DNA from: Candidatus Lindowbacteria bacterium RIFCSPLOWO2_12_FULL_62_27
GTDB lineage: Bacteria > Lindowbacteria > 2-12-FULL-62-27
Assembly: GCA_001784175.1 (NCBI GenBank)
Contig: MFPR01000002.1
Coordinates: 1 to 64,000 of the forward strand
Direction of reading: 5' to 3'
Length of the DNA: 64,000 bases
Positions 43,824 to 55,800 of the stretch are shown piece by piece. How positions within the stretch are numbered: the first letter of the stretch is position 1; every line of letters starts with the position of its first letter. Made by a program: the position numbers and the translations under genes. A model generated the notes under the pieces. It saw only the letters and a list, made by a program, of their open reading frames with translations. It was not told the origin of the DNA and made no database searches.

Positions 43824-46800
43824 TCATTTTACTACAGCAATCGGCACGATCTGGACCTTGCCGTTGATTTCGAGGCGCATGAGGTAGACGCCGTTTTTGA
43901 CGACCGTGCCGTCGTCCTTGCGGCCGGTCCAGGTGAGCGCGTCGCCCTGCTGCTGGATGTTGGCCATGGTCTGTCCGCCGACGCCGAAGACGCGGAGTTT
44001 GGCGTCCGCGACGCCGGGCGGGACCTTGAATTGAACCGCATCGTCCGCGCAGTGGATGGGGTTGAAGGTCGGCTCGTTGCCGGCGTCCGGGCAGGTGAGC
44101 CGGACGGTGGCACCCTCCTTTTCGACGGTGAGGACGTTGGAATACTGCGTGAAGTTGCCTTTGGCGTCGACGGCGATGACGACGAAGGTGTCGCGGTTGG
44201 TGGCCGGTTCGAGGGGTATGCGCGAGAAGATGGCGACCTCGCCGGACACGGGGACCGACGTGAAGACCTTCCCGTTCCGGAGAATCTGCGCGCTGACGAT
44301 GGCGAGGTCGCCTCCGGTCGTGGCCCGGGCGGTGATATCGATGAACGGCGAGAGCGTCTTGAATGCGCCGAGGTTGGGATCGGGGCTGACGATGGTGATG
44401 GTGGCGTTGTTCTGGAGGTCGACCTTGAAGGTGCGTGTATTGAGGCTGCTGGGCAGTTCGATGTTGTTCGAATCGTCCCTGGCGATCGCGATGACCTTGA
44501 CGGTGACCTCGCCGGCGGGCACGCCGAGCGTGACGGAGGTTCGCCACGAGTATTTGTCGGTGAAGTCGGACGTGCCGGGTTTGATGGTGACGATGTTGGA
44601 GAACCCGCCGTTGATCTGGAGCGGTATATCGAGTCCGAGGTCGGCGCGGAAGAAGCTGAGGGACACGGACGCCACCGAATCGGACCTGGGATTGCCGATG
44701 TCGAAGGACGACCCCGCGATCGTCACGCTGTCGAACTTGCCGAACACGGTCCCCTGGAGCGGCTGCTGGATGGCGGTGATGGGCGGGGACAGGTCGAGAA
44801 TGAGCGCCGGCGCGGTGACGTTGACCTTGACGGAGGCCTGGGCGGACTTGTTGGAGAACGGATCGAACGCGAAGACGGTGATGGTGTAGTTGACGCTGGG
44901 CGCGACGGTTTCGCCCTTGTCATTGAACATGTTCCAGGTCATCTGATTGGTCTGCGCGGGCTGCGTGAGCGGCGGAATGGGCGTGAGGAGCCGGACGACG
45001 GTGTCGAAGGGATCGGTGACCTTGACGGTGACCTGCGCGTTTTTGGAGAGGACATAGGAGATGGTGGCCATCCCGAGGGAGGGGCTGCCGAGGATGATGG
45101 TTTCGGGGTTGACCCGGAGATTGGCGATGGTCAGCTCGGACTTGTCGACCGTGATCGATGAGAAATACTCGGCGAGGTTACCGGCGTTGTCGATGACGCG
45201 GATCCGGCCCTTGTAGACGCCGTCGGTGGTCCCGGGCGACGGCTGCCAAGTGACGGAGTAGTTGCCGTCGCCTTTAAAGGGCGGCGTGATGCCGAGCGTG
45301 GTGACGGCGTTCCCGGCCGCGTCCTCGACGGTAAAAGAGGCGTTCCCGACCTTGGTGAGGAGCTGGAACGTATTTTTGGCGGCGACATCATCGCGTTCGT
45401 CGGTGACGCGGAATACGGCGTCCTTGACGGACTTGAAGGGCAGCCCGACGGTGAAGACGGTGCCGCCGAGGGTGCCCTTGGGGATGGTGATGGCGTTGGA
45501 GTTGATGCCGTTGCCGAATTCATCGAATCCGGTGATGGTGACGGTAATGGCGTTGGCGACGACCTCCACCGGAACGATGATGAGGTCCGTCGGTCCCGTG
45601 AAGGCGAAGGGCCCCTGCCCGCTGACGAATCCCTGGCCGATAAAGACGTTTCCGCCGGAGGACCACTCGTAGAAGATCGTCCCCACATTCTGGGCCGCGC
45701 CCAGGTTGGAGGCCTTGAACGAGATGTTGGTCCGGTCGTTCAGCCCGATCGGGTTGATGGGATTGGGGATGACCGTGACGTTGGAGATGACGGGCGGCGT
45801 GAGGTCGATGCGGAAAGAGACATTCTGCGCGATGGCGTGGTTTCCGCCGCTGTCGACGGCGGTGATGACGAACGTGTAATCGCCTTCGGGGAAATTTTTT
45901 CCATAGAACGTAAACGAGTTCTGCCCGACGAGGTACTGGCGGGAATCGGTGTTGTCCGGCCCGTTGGTATTCGGCCCGAGCGGCGTCGTGTCAACGCCCA
46001 GGGGAATCGTCAGGAGCGACAGGTCCTTGGCCTTGATGGTGAAGAAGCATGTGGCGACCTCGTTGAGCGTGAAGGTGACCGTCGCCTGATCGGCGATGCC
46101 GTCATTGTTGGGGCTGAAGGGATTGGGCGTGATGCGGACGTTGGAAATCTGCGGCGGGATCATGTCCGCTTCGCCCGGATTATAAGTGACCGTGACCGTG
46201 TCGGACGGAATCCCCACAAATCCAAAGCGGTCGAGCGGTTCGGAGACGAACGTATACACGCCGGGCGTGTCCAGCGTGAAGAGCCTGCTCCAGGCCTTGG
46301 CGCCGGACGCCTCGTAGAAGGCGAACTGCGCGCCGGCGTCTGGGCCCTTGACGCCGACGCGGATGCGGACGATGTCATTGGGGGACGCGTCGGTGTCGGC
46401 GGCGACGCCGTTGATGAGGATCTGCGCGGCGTTGACCTGGGTACCGGTGGCCGGCGTGTTGATCCTGGAGCTGAGGGTGCTGCGGACGAATTTCTGCTTC
46501 TGCAGAGGCGCGATGAGGGTGGTGTCGATGGTGAGGACGTTGTTGACCGAGTCAAAAATCTTGATCCTGACCGTAATGGGCAAAGACTCGGCGGCGGCGT
46601 AGTGGAAGGCCCAGTAGTAGGTGTCGTTGGCGGTATTATCGGCGACATCCTCGTCGACGAGCGGGAAGATGAGCGTGCCGACCTTCGTCGCGACCACCTT
46701 GCTCGATCCGGGGAACCGGACCTCGTTGGCGCCGTTGTAGACGTAGGGATTGGTGTCGGCGACGTGCGCGAGCATGACCTTGTCGGCGCCGAGGGTGTAT

Positions 46801-49800
46801 CTCCACGCGTAGAGGCCATCGGGGTCGTCGACCCAGAAATCTCCGGCGACGCCGCCGAAGGCGCCCGGATAGTCATCGTTGATGTGATAGGAATCGGCGG
46901 CCTCCTCGTCCAGGAGCCCGTCGCGGTCGTTGTCGACGCCGTCCCCGGCCACCATGGCGGGCATGTCTGACATCCCGTCGGCCGCGATGCTGACGCGGAC
47001 GGCCGTGACGCGCGTGCGGCGGGTGACGTTGCCGTTGGGGATGGTGGCGTCGGCGACGCCGTGGATGCGGAGGCCGAAGGTGTCCTGCGTGATCTGGACG
47101 GTGGATGAGGGCTTGCTGGAGTCGATGGTGAAGACGACCGTATCGTAGGCGGTGTTGCCCATCCCGTCGGTGGCGCGCACGACGAAGGTCCAGACGCCGT
47201 CGGCGAGGTTGAGGGTCGAGAGCGCGAAGGAGAACATGGCCGCGCCGGTATCGGGCGAAGCGAAGAGCTGGAAGGATCCGGCGTCGGGCGCGACGGCATT
47301 GCCGGCCTTGACGGCGTACTCGAGTTTGGCGATGCGCCCGTTGTCGGACGTGACGCCGCGGATGATGGTGAGCGGGATGCTGGTGTCGGCGGTGACGGTC
47401 GAGTAGAGGCCGGCGAACTGCGTAACGGCGTTTTGTTGTGTCACAAGATTTTTGACCCCCGTGATGGACCCGCCGGTGTTGGCGGTGGCGAGGAGGAGGT
47501 TGGGGTTCTTGACGGATCCGGAGAGGTCGATGGCGTCGACGACGATATTGGACAGCTTGGCTTCGGAGGTGGCCTGCGGCATCGCCTCGGGCTTTTCGTC
47601 TTCGGCGCGTCCCAGCGACAGGAGGAGGATGCGCCGGTTGGTGGCGGTGGCGTTGGTCCGGATGAGGGACACGGCGTTGTTGATGGCCGATGGCAGGAAG
47701 GACTGAACGCCGGTGATGGTGACATTGTCGTTGATGGACCGCTTGAGCAGGTCCTTGTCGGCCGTGAACGTCTGGAGGACCTTGATCTGGGTCGGGTCGC
47801 TGAAGGACACGATGGCCGCCCGGACCTTGGCGGGCATGCCGTCGATGATGCCATTGGCCACGACCTTGGCGGCCTGCAGGAGCGAGATCGTGTCGGAGGA
47901 CAGGATGCCGAAGACGTTGGACATTCCCGTGGTCGCGTCAAAGACGATCACGACGTCGAGCGGGTTCGTCACGATGGCTTCGGGGAAGATGATATTGGAG
48001 AGCAGCGCGCCGTCGCCGGGGAAGGTGATGTCGACGGCGGGCGGCGTGAAGTCGCTGACGCTGGTGATGCGGGCGGACGCGGCCGACAGGCGCGCGCCGA
48101 GCGTCTGGGTGGCGTCCTCGAAGATGATGTCGTTGGGTTCCAGCCTGACCACGAACGCGTCGTCCCGGCCGATGGTGGAAGAGGTGCGGATGAGGACGAA
48201 GAAGTCGTTCCCGGCGAGCGGCCCGAGGTCGGTGTCGGGAATGGCCGAGTCGGCGGCGCCGGCGGCCCGAACCTGGAGGGTGGTGCGGTAAGCGCCGCCG
48301 AATCCGGTCCAGGTGATCGGCGCGGTGACGGGCAGGATGCTGTCGGCCGCGTCGTAGAGGCCGGTTTCGGCGCCGTTGTCCACAGCGATCGCGATGCCGG
48401 ACTCGGCGTGGAGATCGGACGGCGAAAACCCGCCGAGGTCGTCAATCCGCACCGTGACCTGTTTGAGGTAGGGACCTGTCGTGTCGTCCCGGACGTTCAG
48501 GCCGAAGACCGAGACGTACCCGGATGCGCTCGGGACGGCGGTGTCGGACGGAATGACCGACGCCAGTTTCGCCGAGATTTCGAACAGGACCGTGTCCGTA
48601 TAGACGGCGGCCTGCGGGAAGACGCCGTTATTGAGCACGATGCCTCCGGCCGGAATGTAGGCGCGGAAGGACTCCTTGTATTTTGCCGACGCGCTGGTGC
48701 GAATAGCGACGAAGAAGTCGGCGCCGGCGTCGCTGATGGTCGTGCCGGTCGGCAGAAGGGCCGGGTTGTTAAGCGAGATGGTGAAGGTTTCAGCCTTGTC
48801 CCAGGTCGGCAGTCCGCCGAGGTCGAGGCGCTGATCGAATGGATCGAGCTGTCCCTGGATGAGGCCGTTGTCCTGATAGATCGAGATGCCGCTCGCGTTC
48901 GTGTTCGAGAGCGCCGCCAAGTCCATGCTGTCGAATCCGCCGCTCTTGTCGAAGGCCACCTTCACGGACTGGAGCCGGCCGCCGCCCGAGGGATCGGAGA
49001 TGTCGAGCCCGAAGAGCGCGAGGGAATCGGAAGGCACGGGGACGCTGCCGGAGAGCATGGGCGTCGGGACGACGCTGATGCGCGGTTTGACGGTGACGGT
49101 CACGGCCGTGTCCGTGACGTTGCCGGCCGCGTCCTTGATCCGGAGATTTACGGTGAGGACGGACTTGCCCGATGTGTTCAGGTAATAGGCCCAGCGCGCG
49201 TGGCTGTCTGGCAGAGACCCCCGGGCGATGTCCTCGTCGACCAGAGGATAGAGGACGGCGCCGGTCGGCGTCTGAACGCCCCGGGTGCGGCCCTCGTTCA
49301 ACACCATGTTTCTGCCTGTGTACTTGACGAACGGCACGCTTTCCGCGACGTCCATCAGGAAAATCTCGTCGATGCCCGGCTCGAAAATCCCAGCAAGGCC
49401 GATCGGGTCGTCCGCCCAGAAGTCGCCGGCGGCGGCGGGCCCGAAGACGTTGAGCCAGTCGTCGTTCATATTGGGCGAATCGGGCGCCTCGTCGTCCATG
49501 ATGCCGTCGCTGTCGTTGTCCTTGCCGTCTCCGGACATGATGGTTTTCTGGAATGTGACGCCGCCGTCGAGGCTGACCTCGACGGACGAAACGCCGGAGA
49601 CGATGCCGCGCGGCGAGGAGGTCGCGTCGGCGAGTCCGGCGAGCCGCAGGGATCCGCTGTCGTCGTTGACCTGCAGGGTGGTGGTGGGCTTGGTGGAGTC
49701 GAGGGTGAAGAGGACGGTATCGGTGGATTCGTTGTTTTTCTCATCGCCCGCCGTGATTGCAAAGACGTAATCGCCGTCGGCAAGCCCGAAGGACGAAACG

Positions 49801-52800
49801 GGGATCGCGAAATTGGCGGTGGGACCCAGGTTGATGGGCAGGGAGAAGGGTCCGAAGTAATTCGCCGGGTTGGCCTTTTCGGCGTACCGGTACTGGATGC
49901 GGTTGACGGCGACGTTGTCCGAGGCCGACCCTTCGATCTTGGCGGTTCTCGACACCTCGGTGACCACGGTCGATGAAATTCTCTCCGCGATCGCGGCCAA
50001 AGCGTCCGGCAGGTTCAGCACGGTTTTCGTCTGGGAGGTGGTGATGGATCCGAGCAGACCGAAACTCGTGGTGGTGGTCACGGTCTTGCTCACGTACAGG
50101 TCAAAGGCCGACCCGCCGGTGGCGTTGGCCAGCGGCAGCAGTTCCTTCTCATTGTCCGGCGTGAGATCCAGTTTCAGGCTGAGTTCGCTGATGACGAAGA
50201 CCGACACACCGGCGTTGGCGATGGTGTCGGCCACGTCAGTGATTTTCAATTTGCTGAGGCCGTCGCCGTCCGACACGTCGTGGGTGGAGGCGTCGGTAAC
50301 GAGCACGAAGAACCTGCGGCTGCCGGACTGGAAGGGCAGCCCGAGGGCGGCGGCGAGGGCCTCGAGGGCGGATTCGGCGGGAATGACGCCGTCCGGCGTG
50401 GCCTTGGGATCGCTCTTGGCCGTCAGGGTCAGGACGTTGTTCTGGAACCGTGAGAGGTTGGAAGTGATCCCGAAATTGACGAGCGACGGCGAGTCGACCT
50501 TCTCGTCCTTGAACGTGATCAGTCCCAGATTGACGGACAGGCCGCTGTTGATGAGCGTCTGATAGAAGGCGGCGACGCTGTCGCGGAAGAGGTCGATGTG
50601 CGCCTGCATGCCGGTGGTGATGTCGAACACGAACACGACGTCCGCGATGGCCGCCGCGGCCGCCGTCAGGTTGTTCGTCATGATGGTCTTGGCGGTCGGG
50701 AACGTGACGGAGATCGCGGGCGGCAAAAGATCGACGGCCTTGGAGGCGACGATGGTTTTGCTCACGGCCGATTTCTGGCTGGCGCCGGAATCGAAGTGGA
50801 CCGCGCCCGCGTCCAGGGCGACCTTGAACTGGTCGCCGATGCTGAGGCTGTTGGAGGTGCGGACGACCACGAAGAAATCAGCGCCGGCGTAGGTGTCGTC
50901 GTCGTCGTGCGGCAGGGCGCGTCCGGCGGCGGGCAGGACGAGTTTGTATTCGTAGTTGCCGCTGGCGTTGATCTTGACGTTGGTCACGCTGGAGGCCAGA
51001 GAGACGAGGAGACTGTCTTTGGTCCGGTCGAAGACGCCCGTGTCGGTCCCGGCGGCGGTGCTGGTGCTGTCGAGCCAGAGTTCAACGGCGTAGAGGTCCT
51101 GGATGGAGAAGTTGGCGACGGGGATGAGGGTGACGATGATGGAATCGAGCCGCAGCCCTTTGCCGAGGTCGCTGATGTTGAGGCCGAAGATCGCGCGCGT
51201 ATCGTCGAGGGTCATTGAGTCGCCGGCGACCGTAGTGTCGATGATCGCGAGTTTGGGCAGGATGCGGATGCCCTTGAGCGCGTCGGTGGTGTCGGCTGCG
51301 GTGGCGGGCCCGTCGCTGAACTGGACGCCATTGGCCGGGATATTGAGGGTGAATGAATCGCCGGGCGTGGTGTTCGGGGAGGTGCGGATGACGACGAAGA
51401 AGTCGGCGCCGGCGTCGATGCCGGTATCGGACGACGGGACAGCTTGGGGCGTCGAGAGTGCGACCGTGATGGCGTGTCGGCCCTGCGTGGGCGTGTTGGG
51501 CATCCAAGCCGGCGCGCCGCCGACCGTCATGAGCTGGTCGAGCGCGTCGAGGGACCCGTCGACGACGCCGTTGTCCTTGTAGATGGACACGCCGTTTTTG
51601 ATGAGGACCGGCTGGAGGATCGAGTTCATGTTGGTGTCGGCCTCGATCGTGATCGCCTGGAATGTCTTGCTGGACGTGCCGATCATATTGAGCGCCCAGA
51701 GCGCGATGCCGGGGCTGGAATCGTCGATGCTGGCCGGCGAGAGGTCCGATATCTGGAGTTCGACGGAGAACGCGAACGCGTAGGTGAGCGTGGCGGTGTT
51801 TCCGGCGTTGTCCTTGAGGGCGACGGTCAGCGTGTAGGTATCGTTTTCGGAGATCTGGTCGATCGGGTCGGCCGCGAGATCAATATAGAAGGTATCGGCC
51901 GCGCCGAAGTTGTGGACGCTGCCGTTGGCTTTGACGACGCCGGCAGAGTTCTTGAGGGTGACGGTGCTGAGGACGGTGTCGCCTCCGCTGGCGACCACGC
52001 GATTGGCGTCGACCAGGAAATAGGAATCGGTGACCTGGACCACCACGCGGTCGATCGATTTGCCGTAGGGCGTGGTCGAGATCTCGCCGTCGACGCCGCC
52101 GCTCCGTATCTTGACGGACGCGACGCGCGGCGCGGTGTCGTCGAAGAGGATGGCCGTCCGGGTGTCCTCCGACTTGTTGCCGCTCAGGTCCTCGAGGTGG
52201 AACCACAGGGCCGCGCGGGCGTTCCGGCCGCCGGCCGCGAACGTGAGGGTCTGGCTGCCGCCGGTGATGGCCTGTCCGGGTGGGCTGAGCCGCTGATCCG
52301 CCGCGTCTCCATATATCCCGTTGTTGTTCATGTCCATCACGACATCGACCCAGGACACGCCCGGGTTGGTGTTGATGCCGGCGAGGGAGTCGGCGGTGTT
52401 GACGGTGAAGGTCAGGGCGCGGGTCGTGCTGCCGGAATCGGGGCTGGCGCTATTGACGAAGGGTCCTTTCGAGTCATACCGGAACTTGCGCGTGTAGGTG
52501 GCCTCGTTGCCGTTCTGATCGACGGCGATGAGATTGAAGACGTAATCCCCGTTCTCGGCGTCCGTATCCACCGGGCTCGCGAACCGGAGGGTGAAAGAGT
52601 CGGCGCTGGAGTAACGCGTGACGCCGACGTCGGACGCGAGCGTGGAATTCTGGACGCTGGACCGGTCGCGGCTGTTGTTGGCGTCGACCTTGCCGTTGTA
52701 CGGCGGCGTCGTCCCGAAAATGAAGGTGGAGGGCGACGTGTCGGTGAGAAACGTCGTGACGGACGTGACGGTGGTCCCGGTGGCGGACAGGGGCCCGAAG

Positions 52801-55800
52801 ACCTTGATCTCGGAGGCGGTGGCCCACGTGATCGCGGGGTCGCCGTTGAGGAAGACCGTCTGCGGTTGCGGCGGCGTCACGTCATAGACGAAGGTCCACG
52901 AATCGACGCGGGTATTGCCTGCGCTGTCCGTGAGGGTGACGCGCCCGATGTACTGTCCGTCCTGGGACCCGATACTGGAGAGCGGCGTGAGGAGCGTGAA
53001 TGTGATATTGCTGCCGCTGACGATTTTGGCGTTGAGGAGGCTGCGCTGAACGTCATTGGTATCGATCGCGTTCATGGTATCTCCAACGTCGTAGAAGAGT
53101 TCGAGTTTGGTGGCCTGCATATTGGCGCCGAAATCGTCCTGGAGGGCAAGCGAGATGGTGGTGACCTGCGTAGTGATCTTGGCGTTGCGTCCGGGCGTGG
53201 GATCGACGAGGGTGGGCGCTGTGCCATCGAAGAGGAACTGGCGCGAGTCGGACGGAGTTTCGACGTTGCCGGCGTTGTCGGTCGAGAAAACCTGGACCGT
53301 ATAGATTCCTGAACTGGTGACGACCTGCGTTCTGTCCAGGATATATTTGAAGTTCGACAGGCTGCCGGTAATATTCTGTAGTGTGGAACCCGCGAAGGGC
53401 GCACTGCTGCCGCTGGGCCGCGTAATGCGGATGGTGTTGGCCGCAACCGATCCGCCGCCGTATTCGGTGACCGTCCCGCTGACGGCGATGTCCGTATCGC
53501 TGAAAATCTTCATACTGACGCCATTGAGGATGATGGAATTCTGAGCGGGCACCGCGGCCTCGTTCTGAAACGCGACGTTGTCGATTTTGGTCTGCGGCGG
53601 CGTGAAATCCGTGAAAATATAGAGGAACTGGTCATTGGGTTTGAAGTCAATGGAAACGGTCGAGTCACCGGCGACAATCATGATGGTATCAATCTGGCTG
53701 AACTTGCTTGAAGTGATCTTGCGGCCCAGGAAGCCTGAGTCGGTGACCGTGAGTGTTTCCTGAGTCGTGCCGCCCAAAATCGAGATCTGGACCGTCCCGC
53801 TCAAGTTGTTGCTTGCGATGACATAGAGTTCGGTCGCCCGCGGGAGGGTCTTGGGCAGCGTGGTGGAAACCGAATCGGTCTGTGCGATCAAATTGGCGCC
53901 GTTGAACTTGAATGTGGCCGAATCGGGCGCGCTGCGGTTGCCGGCGGTGTCCTCGGCGATGCAGAAGACCTCGTTGGTGCCGGACACGGTGATGGCGATA
54001 CTGCCGGAATAGGCGCCGATGGAGGTGGCCGAAAATCCCGTCGTGGCCTGTGACCCCGCCACCACCGGAAACACGAGGCCGCTGGCCTCGCCAAACCCGG
54101 AAATGGAGTGTGCCGTTTGGATGGACGCGATGTCGGGCTCGGTGATGGAGGGCGCATCCGGTCCCTTGTTGTCGACGAGGACCTGCCCGGCCGCCGTCTT
54201 GATCTCCTTGGTGAGTTCGTCGACCGCCGTGATCTTCCAGTAATACGTCTGCTCGGCGTTGACCGTCAGGACTGACCCCGTGTCGCTGGTGCCGTTCCAA
54301 GAGAAGAACTTGGCAGCCGGGAAGACCGCCAGGGCGGTCGGCGCTGGGCGGTAGACAGGGATGGAGTCGGTCTGTTTGGCGAAGACCTCAAAGATCACGG
54401 TGGCGGTATTGGCCGCGCCGTCGACCTTGTAGGTGATGAAGGCTTGGTCGTTGCGCCCGTCCTGCCGCTGCGGGGAGATGGTCGGGAAGGACACGGAGAC
54501 GCCGGTCATGGAGAAGGGCGTGTTGTCGATGATGACCTCGCCGGCGACCTCGCGGGCCAGGCCGTTGTTGTCGACGGCCGTGATGACGTACCGGTAGGCG
54601 CCGTCGGACTGGTTCGATCCGTCCCACGCGATGATGGCGTTGGATGTGTCGCCGGTGAAGGGCCCGAAGGTCTTGACGGTGGCGCCCGTGTTCTTGGACA
54701 CCATGTCGACCCGGACTTTGTCGGCCCCGGCGGTCTTGAAGCTGAAGACCGTCACGTCGTCGTCGCCGGGCGTGGTGCCGGGGCTGAACGGGCTGGGCAG
54801 GGCGCTGGCGATGAGCGTGATGGCCGGCGGCGTCACGTCCTTGACGGCGGTCGCGCGGCCGGTCGACTGGTTCTTGGACCGGTCGGTCACGCGGATTTCG
54901 AAGGTATAGGTTCCTTCGATGACGATGTTGCCGTTCTTGTCGAGTCCGTTCCAGTGGATGAGGTTCTGGCCGGCGGTCTGCGCGATGCCGGTGTCATGGG
55001 GTTCGGTGTCGAGGAGGTTGCCGGCGGCGTCGAGGATGATGAGCAGGGCGGTGTCGACGTTTTCCGAGAGGACGTAGCGGACGTCAAGCCCGTCGTTTCC
55101 GAAGGGCGCCGGCGCCGCGATGATATCGCTGATGACCGGCGCGACGACGTCAGCGACGGCGGTGTCGAAATTGAATGAGACCGAGTCAGTGGTGGGGCCG
55201 GTGTTGCCGGCGTTGTCGACCGCGTAGGCGTCGATTTTCCAGAGGCCGGGCACGAACCGCGAGTCGCTGAAATTGAGCGTGTAGCTCCAGCTTGACGTCC
55301 CGGCCGCCAGGGAATCGTTGACCTTGGAGTAGACCGCGCCGTAGGGCGAGGTCGGCGCGAAGACGCGGACGAAGACGCGACCGACGGCGCTGGTGGTGTC
55401 GGCCGCGACGCCGGTGACGGCGATGGGGCTGGCGTTGAACTGCGCGTTGTTGACCGGGTTGACGATGATGGCCGACGGATTGTCGCGGTCGTAGACGAAG
55501 GTGACCGTGTCGTACAGGAAATTGCCGGCGCGGTCGACGGCCTGGATGATGAGGGTGTAGGTATCGACCTCGGCGGCGTTGTCGATGACGGTGGCGCCGG
55601 TGAGTTTCACGCCGATCGTGTCGGTGCGCGTATCGAAGAGGATGGTGCCGAGACTCTGGCCGGCCGAATTGCGCAGGATCACGAACGTCGATTCGACGGC
55701 GTTGGCCGAAAAGCCCGTGACGCCGGACGTATCGCCGTTGGGGCTGGTTGTGGTGTCGTCGAGGTCGACGCCGACGAAGACGATGCTGTCGCCGAAGACT

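Noticed and set aside
43828-44547. N-terminal 240-aa extension of the barrel ORF given in the track
   Set aside because: Arg-rich off-frame read-through of the giant gene's 3' end; the signal peptide begins at 43767-43827
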